Positions 49,504-59,374 of a DNA stretch of 64,000 nt are shown here, one piece after another. Made by a program: the position numbers and the translations under genes. The DNA is taken from NCBI RefSeq assembly GCF_000006765.1, contig NC_002516.2; one strand, 5' to 3'. The DNA comes from Pseudomonas aeruginosa PAO1 (lineage in GTDB: Bacteria > Pseudomonadota > Gammaproteobacteria > Pseudomonadales > Pseudomonadaceae). The stretch's first letter is position 1. Every line of letters begins with the position of its first letter. The notes beneath the pieces were generated by a model. The model was given only the letters and a program-made list of their open reading frames with translations. It was not told the DNA's origin and searched no databases.

Positions 49504-50277
49504 ATGGTCGACCACTCCATCAAAGGCAAGACCGTCCTCATCACCGGCGGCGCCAAGAACCTGGGCGGGCTGATCGCCCGTGATCTCGCCGCCCACGGCG
49601 CGAAGGCGATCACCATCCACTACAACAGCGCCGCGAGCAAGGCCGATGCCGACGCCACCGTCGCCGCGCTGCAGGCAGCCGGAGCCAAGGCGGTAGCGCT
49701 GCAGGGCGATCTCACCAGCGCCGCGGCCATGGAAAAGCTGTTCGCCGACGCCATCGCCGCGGTGGGCAAGCCGGACATCGCCATCAACACCGTCGGCAAG
49801 GTGCTGAAGAAACCCATCACCGAGATCAGCGAGACCGAATACGACGAGATGAGCGCGGTCAATTCCAAGTCTGCGTTCTTCTTCCTGCGCGAAGCCGGCA
49901 AGCACGTCAACGACAACGGCAAGATCTGCACCCTGGTGACCTCTCTGCTTGGCGCCTATACCCCGTACTACGCCGCCTATGCCGGCACCAAGGCGCCGGT
50001 GGAGCACTTCACCCGTGCCGCTTCCAAGGAGTTCGGCGCGCGCGGCATCTCGGTCACCGCGGTCGGCCCGGGCCCCATGGACACGCCCTTCTTCTACCCC
50101 GCCGAAGGTGCCGATGCGGTGGACTACCTGAAGAACGCCGCGGCCTTGTCGCCGTTCTCCAAAACCGGCCTGACCGACATCGACGACGTGGTGCCGTTCA
50201 TCCGCCACCTGGTCAGCGAAGGTTGGTGGATCACCGGCCAGACCATCCTCATCAACGGCGGCTTCTCCACCAAGTGA
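49504..50277 (+). CDS. Short-chain dehydrogenase/reductase (PA2918-like)
   Basis: 257 aa; ITGGAKNLGG, YAGTK catalytic YxxxK, ITGQTILINGG; AGGAG RBS. Confidence 0.93.
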   Translation: MVDHSIKGKTVLITGGAKNLGGLIARDLAAHGAKAITIHYNSAASKADADATVAALQAAGAKAVALQGDLTSAAAMEKLFADAIAAVGKPDIAINTVGKVLKKPITEISETEYDEMSAVNSKSAFFFLREAGKHVNDNGKICTLVTSLLGAYTPYYAAYAGTKAPVEHFTRAASKEFGARGISVTAVGPGPMDTPFFYPAEGADAVDYLKNAAALSPFSKTGLTDIDDVVPFIRHLVSEGWWITGQTILINGGFSTK

Positions 50278-50327
50278 GCCACGCAGCGGCCGCCACGGCG
50301 GTCGCTGCCTGCCTGCGGAAACCCTTC

Positions 50328-50585
50328 ATGCACGTGACCCTGGTAATCGCCGGCGGCATCGTCCTGCTCGGCCTGTTCCTGCTCTTCGGCAAACTCTGGG
50401 ATGCCGGGCCGGCGCTCGCTGCCGGCCTGTTCCTGCCGACCTGGCTGGCCGTCGCGCTGGTCAACCTGTGGGTCGGCGTCCAGCACGCCGGCTACGGCTT
50501 GCGCGAAGAACTGCCGATCCTGCTGCTGGTCTTCCTGGTCCCGGCGGCACTGGCCGGCGTGGCGATCTGGCTGGCGCCGCGCTAG
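50328..50585 (+). CDS. Small membrane protein (PA2919-like)
   Basis: 85 aa from ATG 50328; three hydrophobic segments; NLWVGVQHAGY..REELP. Confidence 0.8.
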   Translation: MHVTLVIAGGIVLLGLFLLFGKLWDAGPALAAGLFLPTWLAVALVNLWVGVQHAGYGLREELPILLLVFLVPAALAGVAIWLAPR

Positions 50586-50596
50586 GCGGCGGCGCT

Positions 50597-52234
50597 TCAG
50601 ACGCGGAAACGGCCGACCAGCCGCGCCAGTTCCGAGGACAGCTCGGACAGCCGGCGGCTGGCCCCGGTACCCTGCTCCGAATGTTCCGCCGCCTGGGCGG
50701 AAAGCTCGCGCACCTCGCTGATGTTGCGGGCGATTTCGTCGATTACCCGGCTCTGCTCCTCGCAGGCCGAGGCGATCTGCGCGGCGAGGTCGTTGATCCG
50801 CCCCACCGCGTCGCCGGTGGCGGCCAGCACGCCGTCGACCCCGGCGGCGCGCTCGACGCTGTCGCGCGCCTTGAGGCTGCCCGACTGCATGGCCCGCACG
50901 GCGTTCTGCACCCCGGCCTGGAGGCGCTCGATGCGCGCCTGGATGTCCTTGGTCGAATCCTGGGTACGCGCCGCCAGCGCCCGCACCTCGTCGGCCACCA
51001 CGGCGAAACCGCGACCCTGCTCGCCAGCCCGCGCGGCTTCGATGGCGGCGTTGAGGGCGAGCAGGTTGGTCTGTTCGGCGATGCCCTTGATCACCGTCAG
51101 CACCGCGTCGATGCTGGCGGTTTCCTGGGCCAGTTGCTGGATGCTCTCGGAACTGCTCTCCACTTCCTGCGCCAACTGGCGGATCACCTCGATGGTCGCT
51201 TCCACCACGTTGGCACCCTCGCGCGCCTGCCGGCGGGCGTCATCGGCCACCTGCGCGGCGCTCTGGGCGTTGCGCGCCACCTCATGGACGGCACTGCTCA
51301 TCTGCGTCGCGGCGGTGCTGACCTGGTCCACCGATGCGTGCTCGCTGTTGATCAGACGATCGTTGGCGGCGGTCATGCCGGCCAGCGAACCGGCGGAATC
51401 GGCGACCTCGCCGGTGACCCGGCCGACCTCGCGGATCAGCGGCTGCAACTTGTCGAGGAAGGCGTTGAAGGCGCTGCCGAGGCGGCCGGGTTCGTCGCGC
51501 GAAGTGACCTCCAGGCGCACGCGCAGGTCGCCATCGCCGTTGGCGATCTCTTCCAGGCGTTGCAGCAGACGCTGCAACGGACGGGTCACCAGGCCGGGGA
51601 ACACCAGCACCAGCGACAGGCACACCAGCAGGCCGAACGCCACCAGCGCCACCTGCTGCCAGCGGTGGCGCTCGCCCAGCGCGGAGGACGCCTCGCCGTC
51701 GGCGGCCGCGGCCGCCTCTTCCATCTCGTCGAGCTGGTTGATCACCTCGCGCATCGCCCCGAACTGGCGATCGCTGTCACCGTAGCTGAGCTGCGCCGCG
51801 GCGCTCGGATCGCTGGCCGCCAGGCTCAGCACCCGCGCCGAGGTCGCGCTCCAGAGGGCATAGCCGCGCTCGAACTCGGCGACCTTGGCCAGTTCCGCCT
51901 CGCCCGGCTGCATCGCCGCGTACTGGCGCACCCGATCCAGGGCCTGCTGCAGGTTTTCCGCGTGATCGTTCCTCAGGCCGGCAATCTGCTCGGCGCTCAG
52001 GTGGCCCTCGAGCAGGCTGCGCTCGGCGACGAAGGCCTGGTAGAGATCGCGGTCGGCGTTGAGCAGCAGGGCGATGCCGGGGAGAAAACGCTTGCCCAGG
52101 CGCTGGTTGGATTCGTTCAGCTGGGCGATGCCATGCACGCCGAGCGCGCCCACCAGCAGCAGAAGCACCGCGAGCAGGAGGATCGGCAGGGCGATTTTCC
52201 TGCGGAACGACAGGTTAGCGAACCATTGCAGCAT
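50597..52234 (-). CDS. Methyl-accepting chemotaxis protein (PA2920-like)
   Basis: 545 aa from ATG 52234; two TM segments, periplasmic helical [41 protein letters not shown]. Confidence 0.96.
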   Translation of the reverse strand: MLQWFANLSFRRKIALPILLLAVLLLLVGALGVHGIAQLNESNQRLGKRFLPGIALLLNADRDLYQAFVAERSLLEGHLSAEQIAGLRNDHAENLQQALDRVRQYAAMQPGEAELAKVAEFERGYALWSATSARVLSLAASDPSAAAQLSYGDSDRQFGAMREVINQLDEMEEAAAAADGEASSALGERHRWQQVALVAFGLLVCLSLVLVFPGLVTRPLQRLLQRLEEIANGDGDLRVRLEVTSRDEPGRLGSAFNAFLDKLQPLIREVGRVTGEVADSAGSLAGMTAANDRLINSEHASVDQVSTAATQMSSAVHEVARNAQSAAQVADDARRQAREGANVVEATIEVIRQLAQEVESSSESIQQLAQETASIDAVLTVIKGIAEQTNLLALNAAIEAARAGEQGRGFAVVADEVRALAARTQDSTKDIQARIERLQAGVQNAVRAMQSGSLKARDSVERAAGVDGVLAATGDAVGRINDLAAQIASACEEQSRVIDEIARNISEVRELSAQAAEHSEQGTGASRRLSELSSELARLVGRFRV

Positions 52235-52263
52235 GCCGGCATCCTCGCTCGTGGCTTTCCAGG

Positions 52264-52291
52264 CTATCGGTCGCAGCACGATCGATCTTGA
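52264..52291 (-). promoter_or_regulatory. Putative sigma28 (FliA) promoter of the MCP gene
   Basis: Minus strand TCAAG-N15-ACCGATAG, about 30 nt upstream of ATG; spacer about 1 nt longer than consensus. Confidence 0.45.
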
Positions 52292-52318
52292 GCGACCGTA
52301 CGTCCGTGCCAGTAGGAA

Positions 52319-53272
52319 TCAGACTAGCAGGCGCAGGGTTTCGAACAGGCGCCGGTCATCCTTCTTCGCCGAGCGGGCGTGGCGGCGGATCGCCTGCAGC
52401 AGGCACTCGACGAAACATTGCGCCGGATTGCTGAGGGCTCCGCCGCGCCGGGTGATGATGCCCAGCCGTCGTGGCTCGAAGGTTTCCCGCAGCGCCAGCG
52501 GCACCACCCGGCCGAGCAACGGCGGGGCGGCGCCGATGATCGCCGGCACCCAGGTGCACATGTCGGCCTGCTCCACCAGGGTCTGCAGGATCGCCACGGA
52601 GTGCGCGCGGACGATGCGCCGCTCGTCGATCAAGGCACCGTGGCGCCAGAACAGCTCGCGCATCAGGGCGTCGTGGCCGTCGCCGGTGTAGTTCAACGCC
52701 CAGTCCTGTTCCAGCAGCTCGTGGATCGAGCCGCAACCCGCCAGCGGATGCCCCTGGCGGACCAGCACCGCGGTGTCGTAGTCGAGCAGCTTCTCGCAGG
52801 CGAATTCCTGGGCCGCCTGGGCGCCGTGCAGCGGGCCGATGGCGAAATCCATGCTGCCGTCGCGAAGCAATGGCTGGGCCACCGCCATCAGGCTTTCGAA
52901 AAGCTCCAGGCGCACCTCCGGCATGCGCTCGCGGAACGCCTGCACCGCCTCCGAGAGGAAGGTCAGCGCCACCCAAGGCGTCACCCCGATGCACAGCCGG
53001 CCGCTGGCCTGGCCACGCAGGTGGTCGAGTTCGACCTGCGCGTGCTCCAGTTGCTTGAGCACCAGCCGGGCGTGGATCAGCAGCGCCTTGCCGTATTCGG
53101 TGAAGGTCAGGCCGCTGGGCGTGCGGACGAACAGCGGCAGATGCTGTTCGGTTTCCAGTTCGCGCAGCGCGCGGGTCACGGCCGCCTGGGAAATCCCCAG
53201 GGCGCGGGCGGCGGCGCGGATGCCGCCGGCGTCGGCACTGGCGACCAGGGCTTGCAACTGGTGGAGTTTCAC
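52319..53272 (-). CDS. LysR-type regulator (PA2921-like)
   Basis: From GTG 53272: KLHQLQALVASADAGGIRAAARALGISQAAVTRALRELE. Confidence 0.9.
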   Translation of the reverse strand: MKLHQLQALVASADAGGIRAAARALGISQAAVTRALRELETEQHLPLFVRTPSGLTFTEYGKALLIHARLVLKQLEHAQVELDHLRGQASGRLCIGVTPWVALTFLSEAVQAFRERMPEVRLELFESLMAVAQPLLRDGSMDFAIGPLHGAQAAQEFACEKLLDYDTAVLVRQGHPLAGCGSIHELLEQDWALNYTGDGHDALMRELFWRHGALIDERRIVRAHSVAILQTLVEQADMCTWVPAIIGAAPPLLGRVVPLALRETFEPRRLGIITRRGGALSNPAQCFVECLLQAIRRHARSAKKDDRRLFETLRLLV

Positions 53273-53285
53273 GGGCTTACCGAGG

Positions 53286-53304
53286 TGACAACGAAAGGTT
53301 GTCA
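53286..53304. promoter_or_regulatory. LysR operator between PA2921 and the amidohydrolase operon
   Basis: Perfect 7-5-7 dyad TGACAAC-GAAAG-GTTGTCA. Confidence 0.7.
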
Positions 53305-53408
53305 TCATAGCCAAAGCGAGCCTCCCCGCCAGTCCCCCGCTTGCCTACCATCGGCTTCGACAACGCCCCGCCGCCCACCGGTCGGAGCCCTTGAGGAGAA
53401 CAAGAAGA

Positions 53409-54578
53409 ATGACCGAGCCTGCCGTCCTGCCCGCCATCGCGGCGCTGCGGGAAGAGATGGTTACCTTGCGCCGCCATATCCATGCCCACCCGGAGTTGGG
53501 TTTCGAGGAACGGCGAACCGCCGCGCTGGTCGCCGAATGCCTGGAGGCCTGGGGCTACCAGGTCAGCCGTGGAGTGGGTCGCACCGGCGTGGTCGGCACC
53601 CTGTGCCGCGGCGAGGGCCCAGCGCTGGGCCTGCGCGCCGACATGGACGCGCTACCGATCCAGGAAGCCACCGGCCTGCCCTACGCCAGCCAGGTGGACG
53701 GCGTGATGCACGCCTGCGGCCACGACGGCCACACCGCGATGCTCCTCGCCGCGGCCAGGCACCTGGTCGAGTCGCCGCACTGGCGCGGCACCCTGCAACT
53801 GATCTTCCAGCCTGCCGAAGAGGGCCTCGGCGGTGCCCGCGCGATGCTCGACGACGGGCTGCTGGAGCGCTTCCCCTGCGACGCCATCTTCGCCATGCAC
53901 AACGTCCCGGGATACCCCGTCGGCCACCTCGGCTTCCATCCCGGCCCCTTCATGGCCTCGGCCGATACCGTGGTCATCCGCGTGATCGGCAGTGGCGGCC
54001 ACGGCGCGGTGCCGCAGCGCACCGTCGACCCGGTGGTGGTCTGCTCCGCCATCGTGCTGGCCTTGCAGAGCATCGTCTCGCGCAACGTCGACCCGCAGGA
54101 CACCGCGATCGTCAGCGTCGGCGCGATCCATGCCGGGACGGTCTCCAACGTGATCCCGGCCAGCGCCGAAATGATCCTCAGCGTCCGGGCCCTGACCGCG
54201 GAAACCCGTGCCCTGCTGGAGCGCCGCATCGGCGAACTGGCCCGCGGCCAGGCCGCCAGCTTCGGCGCGCGGGCGGAGGTCGACTACCGGCATTGCCATC
54301 CGGTGCTGGTCAACCATCCCGGGCAGACCGCGTTCGCCCGCGAGGTGGCCCGCGACTGGCTGGGCGAGGAATGCCTGATCGACGGACTGCGGCCGTTCAC
54401 CGCCAGCGAGGATTTCGCCTTCATCCTCGAACGCTGTCCCGGCAGCTACCTGGTGATCGGCAATGGCCAGGGCGAGAGCGGCTGCCAGTTGCACAACCCC
54501 GGCTACGACTTCAACGACGACTGCCTGGCCGTCGGCGCCAGCTACTGGGTGCGACTGGCCGAGCGCTTCCTGGCCTGA
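53409..54578 (+). CDS. M20D amidohydrolase, hippurate hydrolase/aminoacylase-like (PA2922-like)
   Basis: 389 aa; HAHPELGFEE, RADMDALP, MHACGHDGHT, FQPAEEG, ASEDF, LHNPGYDFND. Confidence 0.93.
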   Translation: MTEPAVLPAIAALREEMVTLRRHIHAHPELGFEERRTAALVAECLEAWGYQVSRGVGRTGVVGTLCRGEGPALGLRADMDALPIQEATGLPYASQVDGVMHACGHDGHTAMLLAAARHLVESPHWRGTLQLIFQPAEEGLGGARAMLDDGLLERFPCDAIFAMHNVPGYPVGHLGFHPGPFMASADTVVIRVIGSGGHGAVPQRTVDPVVVCSAIVLALQSIVSRNVDPQDTAIVSVGAIHAGTVSNVIPASAEMILSVRALTAETRALLERRIGELARGQAASFGARAEVDYRHCHPVLVNHPGQTAFAREVARDWLGEECLIDGLRPFTASEDFAFILERCPGSYLVIGNGQGESGCQLHNPGYDFNDDCLAVGASYWVRLAERFLA

Positions 54579-54637
54579 GCCAGGGTTTTCAACGGGCGCG
54601 CGGCCTGGCGCGCGCGGATCGACAGAGGACAACCACA

Positions 54638-55423
54638 ATGACAAGAACCCTCGGCAGCATCGCCCTCTCCCTCCTCCTCGCCGCACCGGCCGGCGCCGCC
54701 GACTGGACAGGCAAGGTCCTGCGCCTGGGCGTCGACCCGACCTACCCGCCGCTCGAATACAAGCAGCCGGACGGCCGCCTGGCAGGCTTCGGCATCGAGA
54801 TCGGCGAAGCCCTCTGCGCGGAGCTGCGAGCCCGCTGCGAATGGGTCGAAAGCAACTGGGACGGCATCATCCCGGCGCTGCTGTCGCGCAAGATCGACGC
54901 CATCGTCTCGTCGATGACCATCACGCCGAAACGCGCACAGCACATCGCCTTCACCGACCGCGTCTCCAACGCGCCGAGCCGCCTGGTGGTACGCCGTGGC
55001 TCGGCGCTCCTGCCCGACGCCGAGAGCCTGCGCGGCAAGCGCGTGGGGGTCGGCCAGGGCTCCAACCAGGAGGCCTACGCCAAGGCCGAATGGGCCGCCA
55101 AGGGGGTGCGGGTCGTCTCCTACCAGAACCAGGACCAGGTCTACGCCGACCTCGTCATGGGCCGCCTCGACGCCTCGCTGCAAGGCGCGGTGCAGGCCAG
55201 CTACGGCTTCCTCGACAAGCCGGTCGGCAAGGATTTCGAACTGGCCGGAGCGGTGCTGGACGACCCTCGCTACTTCGGGGTCGGCGACGGCATCGGCCTG
55301 CGCAAGGAGGACGTGGCGCTGCGCGAGGACCTGAACAAGGCGCTGGCGACGATCCGCGCCAACGGAACCTACGCGCGAATCAACGCCCGCTACTTCGACT
55401 TCGACCTCTACGGCACGCCCTGA
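54638..55423 (+). CDS. hisJ: Polar amino acid ABC transporter binding protein
   Basis: 261 aa from ATG 54638; DPTYPP, SSMTITPKR, GDGIGLRK; substrate not proven. Confidence 0.8.
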   Translation: MTRTLGSIALSLLLAAPAGAADWTGKVLRLGVDPTYPPLEYKQPDGRLAGFGIEIGEALCAELRARCEWVESNWDGIIPALLSRKIDAIVSSMTITPKRAQHIAFTDRVSNAPSRLVVRRGSALLPDAESLRGKRVGVGQGSNQEAYAKAEWAAKGVRVVSYQNQDQVYADLVMGRLDASLQGAVQASYGFLDKPVGKDFELAGAVLDDPRYFGVGDGIGLRKEDVALREDLNKALATIRANGTYARINARYFDFDLYGTP

Positions 55424-55478
55424 ACGGCGTCCGGCCGCTTTTCACCTCGACCGACAACAACAAGCAATGGAGAGTGAA

Positions 55479-56168
55479 ATGTTCCTCGACGGCTTCGGCC
55501 CGCAGATACTCGCCGGCACCCTGGTGACCCTGAAACTGGCGCTGGGCTCCCTGCTCGGCGCCGTGCTCATCGGCCTCCTCGGCGCCAGCGCCAAGCTCGC
55601 CGCCAACCGCCCGCTGCGCGCCCTGGCCAGCGGCTATACGACGCTGATCCGCAGCGTCCCCGACCTGGTCATCATGCTGTTGCTGTTCTTCAGCCTGCAG
55701 ATCCTCCTCAACCGCGTCACCGACGCCCTCGGCATCGGCCAGGTCGACATCGACCCGTTCGCCGCCGGCTGCGTCACCCTGGCGTTCATCTATGGCGCCT
55801 ACTTCACGGAAACCTTCCGCGGCGCCTTCCAGGCGGTCCCGGCCGGCCAGGTCGAAGCCGCGCAAGCCTACGGCATGGGGCGCTGGCGAGTGTTCCGCCG
55901 GGTACTCCTGCCGCAGATGCTGCGCTACGCCCTGCCGGGCATCGGCAACAACTGGCAGGTGCTGGTCAAGTCCACCGCGCTGGTCTCGATCATCGGTCTC
56001 GGCGACCTGGTCAAGGCCACCCAGGACGCCGGCAAGGGCACCCTGCAGTTCTTCCACTTCACCCTGGTCTGCGGGCTGATCTACCTGGCCATCACCGCAA
56101 TCTCCAACGCCGCGTTGCTGTGGCTGGAGCGGCGCAGCTCGCTGGGCGTCAGGAGGCCGCTGCCATGA
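55479..56168 (+). CDS. hisQ: Polar amino acid ABC permease (HisQ family)
   Basis: [32 protein letters not shown] loop. Confidence 0.85.
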   Translation: MFLDGFGPQILAGTLVTLKLALGSLLGAVLIGLLGASAKLAANRPLRALASGYTTLIRSVPDLVIMLLLFFSLQILLNRVTDALGIGQVDIDPFAAGCVTLAFIYGAYFTETFRGAFQAVPAGQVEAAQAYGMGRWRVFRRVLLPQMLRYALPGIGNNWQVLVKSTALVSIIGLGDLVKATQDAGKGTLQFFHFTLVCGLIYLAITAISNAALLWLERRSSLGVRRPLP

Positions 56169-56878
56169 ACGCGGTACTCGACGAATACTGGCAGGCCTAC
56201 CTGTGGACCGACGGCCTGCAACTGACCGGACTGGCGATGACCCTGTGGCTGCTGATCCTCGCCGTGGCGCTTGGCTTCCTGCTGGCCATCCCGCTGGCGG
56301 TGGCGCGGACCTGCGGCAACCCGCTGCTGCGCTACCCGGTCTGGCTCTACACCTACGTGTTCCGCGGCACCCCGCTGTACATCCAGTTGCTGTTCTTCTA
56401 CACCGGCGTCTACAGCCTGAATGCCATACGCGCCCAGGACTTTCTCAACGCGTTCTTCCGCGACGGCTTCAACTGCACGGTGCTGGCCTTCGTCCTCAAC
56501 ACCTGCGCCTACATGACGGAAATCTTCGCCGGCGCGATCAGGAACACGCCCCACGGCGAAGTGGAAGCGGCGCGCGCCTACGGCATGGGCGGCTTCACCC
56601 TCTACCGGCGCATCGTCCTGCCCTCGGCGCTGCGCCGGGCACTGCCGTACTTCAGCAACGAAGTGATCCTGATGCTGCATTCCACCTCGGTGGCGTTCAC
56701 CGCCACCGTGCCGGACCTGCTCAAGGTGGCCCGCGACGTCAATTCCGCCACCTATGCGCCGTTCCTGTCCTTCGGCATCGCCGGCGCGCTCTACGCCGGC
56801 ACCGCCTTCCTGCTGATCTGGCTGTTCCGCCGTGGCGAGCTGCGCTGGCTGGCCTACCTCAGACCGCAAACCCACTGA
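56165..56878 (+). CDS. hisM: Polar amino acid ABC permease (HisM family)
   Basis: [37 protein letters not shown]. Confidence 0.85.
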   Translation: MNAVLDEYWQAYLWTDGLQLTGLAMTLWLLILAVALGFLLAIPLAVARTCGNPLLRYPVWLYTYVFRGTPLYIQLLFFYTGVYSLNAIRAQDFLNAFFRDGFNCTVLAFVLNTCAYMTEIFAGAIRNTPHGEVEAARAYGMGGFTLYRRIVLPSALRRALPYFSNEVILMLHSTSVAFTATVPDLLKVARDVNSATYAPFLSFGIAGALYAGTAFLLIWLFRRGELRWLAYLRPQTH

Positions 56879-56898
56879 CCTCTCCCGGAGACACGCGC

Positions 56899-57666
56899 AT
56901 GTACAGCCTGCAGGTCGAAGACATCCACAAGCGCTACGGCAGCCATGAGGTGCTCAGGGGCGTTTCGCTCAGGGCCGGCAAGGGAGACGTGATCAGCATC
57001 ATCGGCTCCTCCGGCTCGGGCAAGAGCACCTTCCTGCGCTGCGTCAACTTCCTGGAAAAGCCCTGTGCCGGGCACATCCGCGTCGGCGACGAGGAACTGC
57101 GCACCCGTCCCGGCGCCCTGGGCGAGCTGCGCGCCGCCGATCCCCGGCAGTTGCAGAGGATCCGCAGCCGGCTGGCGATGGTCTTCCAGCATTTCAACCT
57201 GTGGAGCCACCTGACGGTGCTGGAGAACGTGGTCGAGTGCCCGGTCAACGTCCTGAGAATGAACCGCGACGACGCCGTGGCCCGCGCGCGCCACTACCTG
57301 GCCAAGGTCGGCCTGGCGGAGAAGGTCGAACGGCAGTATCCCTGCGAACTCTCCGGCGGCCAGCAACAGCGCGTGGCGATCGCCCGCGCCCTGGCCATGG
57401 AGCCGCAGGTGATGCTGTTCGACGAACCGACCTCGGCGCTCGATCCGGAACTGGTCGGCGAAGTGCTGAAAGTCATGCAGCAGTTGGCCGAGGAAGGTCG
57501 CACCATGGTCCTGGTCACCCACGAGATGGCGTTCGCCCGCCAGGTTTCCAGCCATGTGATCTTCCTCCACCAGGGCGTGATCGAAGAGGAAGGGACGCCG
57601 GACCAGGTGTTCGGCGCGCCGCGCAGCGAACGCCTGCGCCAGTTCCTCGCCGGCAACCTGAAATGA
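56899..57666 (+). CDS. hisP: Polar amino acid ABC ATPase (HisP family)
   Basis: [38 protein letters not shown]. Confidence 0.88.
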   Translation: MYSLQVEDIHKRYGSHEVLRGVSLRAGKGDVISIIGSSGSGKSTFLRCVNFLEKPCAGHIRVGDEELRTRPGALGELRAADPRQLQRIRSRLAMVFQHFNLWSHLTVLENVVECPVNVLRMNRDDAVARARHYLAKVGLAEKVERQYPCELSGGQQQRVAIARALAMEPQVMLFDEPTSALDPELVGEVLKVMQQLAEEGRTMVLVTHEMAFARQVSSHVIFLHQGVIEEEGTPDQVFGAPRSERLRQFLAGNLK

Positions 57667-57675
57667 GCCCGGGGC

Positions 57676-57906
57676 TCAGCGCGACGGCGCGAGGAAACGC
57701 ACGAAGACCAGCTCCGGATCACCTTCGTCGAGGTTGTCGATCACCCCGCTCGGCTGGAATCCCTTGCGCTCCAGCAGGCGCCGCATCGGCAGGTTGGAGC
57801 GGTTGCAGGAAGTGAACAGGCGGTCGCCGCGACAGTCGTCCCGCGCCTGCCGCAGCAACGCGCTGGCGATGCCGCGCCGGCGGCAGTCGCGGGCGACCGC
57901 CGCATC
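57676..57906 (-). pseudogene. 5'-truncated GNAT acetyltransferase remnant
   Basis: In-frame *DAAVARDCRRRGIASALLRQARDDCRGDRLFTSCNRSNLPMRRLLERKGFQPSGVIDNLDEGDPELVFVRF: acetyl-CoA motif A and motif B retained, preceded by TAG with no N-terminal half. Confidence 0.8.
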
Positions 57907-57987
57907 CTAGACGTTTTCACAGGTCAGGGCACGTCGCCGCGGCGCATGATCTATAGTCGCCCGGATCAGCCCCAGAGGATGCCGGAC

Positions 57988-59319
57988 ATGCCCCGTTCGA
58001 TCGTCATCGTCCACGGCTGGAGCGACGATTCGAAGTCGTTCCGCCGCCTCGCCGAGCAGTTGGAAGCCTGGTTCGGCAGCGCGCCGACGCAGATCCGCCT
58101 CACCGACTGGATCTCCCTGCAGGACGACGTCACCTACGCCGACCTCGCCGCCGCCCTGGATCGCGCCTGGACCGCCCAGGGACTGTCGCGGGCACCGCGC
58201 ACGGTTGACGTGGTGGTGCACAGCACCGGCACCCTGGTGCTGCGCGACTGGCTGACCCGCCACTTCGACCCCGCCAGCGCGCCGGTCAAGCGCTTCCTGA
58301 TGCTCGCCCCGGCCAACTTCGGCTCGCCGCTGGCGCACAAGGGACGCTCCTTCATCGGTCGCGTGCTGAAAGGCTGGAACCGCTTCGTCGGGCAGACCGG
58401 CACCCAGGTGCTGAAGGGACTGGAGCTGGGCTCGCCGTACTCCTGGCAACTCGCCGAGCGCGACCTGTTCGGCGCCGAGGCCTGGTACGGCGCCGACCGC
58501 CTGCTCGCCACGGTGCTGGTGGGCAATGTCGGCTACAGCGGCGTCGAAGCCATCGCCAACGAGGCCGGCAGCGACGGCACTGTGCGGATCGCCACGGCGA
58601 ACCTCAACGCCTGCCGCCTGAGCCTCGAACTGGATGTCCGCCAGCGCGCCAGGCCCGGCTGGCGCCTGGAAGAATCGCGCGGCGAGATCGCCTTCGCCAT
58701 CGTCGACGGCGAGAACCACGCCAGCGTGGCGCTGAAGGACCGCGGACCGAAGAACCCGCATACCCTGGAGCTGATCCGCGCCGCACTGGAGGTCGAGGAC
58801 GCCGATTACCGGAGCAGCGGCGCAAGCTTCCCCTGGCAGCGCCGCATCGATCAGCTCGACCCCGGCATCGAGCGCCGCTCGCCGCGCTACCTGAACCTGG
58901 TCAGCCACGTCTGCGACGACCTCGACCAGGAGGTGCGCGACTACTTCATCCAGTTCTTCCGCAAGCTGAACAGCGACCGGCGTTTCGAGCAGCGCTTCTA
59001 CGAGCAGGTCATCGCCGACGTCCATCCCTACGAGGACAACCCCGCCTACCGCTCGCTGTACCTGTCGATCGAGTCCCTCGACGACCTGCTCGCCGGCTTC
59101 GCCGTGGACACCCTGTCGCTCAGCGTGTCGGCCCAGCCGCCGTTCGATCCGCCGCGCCAGCCGGTCGGCTATACCGCGGTGGGCCCCGGCGACAGCGAAG
59201 GCCTGGCAATTCCGCTGGCGCAGGTGCCGCGCTTCCTCGCAGCCCACCGCACCCTGCTGCTGCGCATCCGCCTGACGCGCCTGGTGGACAGCGGCGTATT
59301 CGTCTTCAGGAACCCCTGA
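57988..59319 (+). CDS. Uncharacterised alpha/beta hydrolase, lipase/esterase-like, with extra C-terminal domain (PA2927-like)
   Basis: 443 aa; IVHGWSD, DVVVHSTG nucleophile elbow, LAPANFGS, SDGTV, ENHASV; no signal peptide. Confidence 0.85.
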   Translation: MPRSIVIVHGWSDDSKSFRRLAEQLEAWFGSAPTQIRLTDWISLQDDVTYADLAAALDRAWTAQGLSRAPRTVDVVVHSTGTLVLRDWLTRHFDPASAPVKRFLMLAPANFGSPLAHKGRSFIGRVLKGWNRFVGQTGTQVLKGLELGSPYSWQLAERDLFGAEAWYGADRLLATVLVGNVGYSGVEAIANEAGSDGTVRIATANLNACRLSLELDVRQRARPGWRLEESRGEIAFAIVDGENHASVALKDRGPKNPHTLELIRAALEVEDADYRSSGASFPWQRRIDQLDPGIERRSPRYLNLVSHVCDDLDQEVRDYFIQFFRKLNSDRRFEQRFYEQVIADVHPYEDNPAYRSLYLSIESLDDLLAGFAVDTLSLSVSAQPPFDPPRQPVGYTAVGPGDSEGLAIPLAQVPRFLAAHRTLLLRIRLTRLVDSGVFVFRNP

Positions 59320-59374
59320 ATCGGCGCCCGGCCCCCCGCCCCGCTGGGCAGACACCCAGGCTGGGCGCAGGCGA

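Noticed and set aside
57664-57678. Perfect palindrome TGAGCCC-G-GGGCTCA
   Set aside because: Arises from two convergent stop codons around a GC core; 1-nt loop and no U tract, so not a credible terminator or operator
57900-57945. IS or MITE at the GNAT breakpoint (CTAG site)
   Set aside because: No transposase, terminal inverted repeats or target duplication visible; CTAG occurs many times in the window
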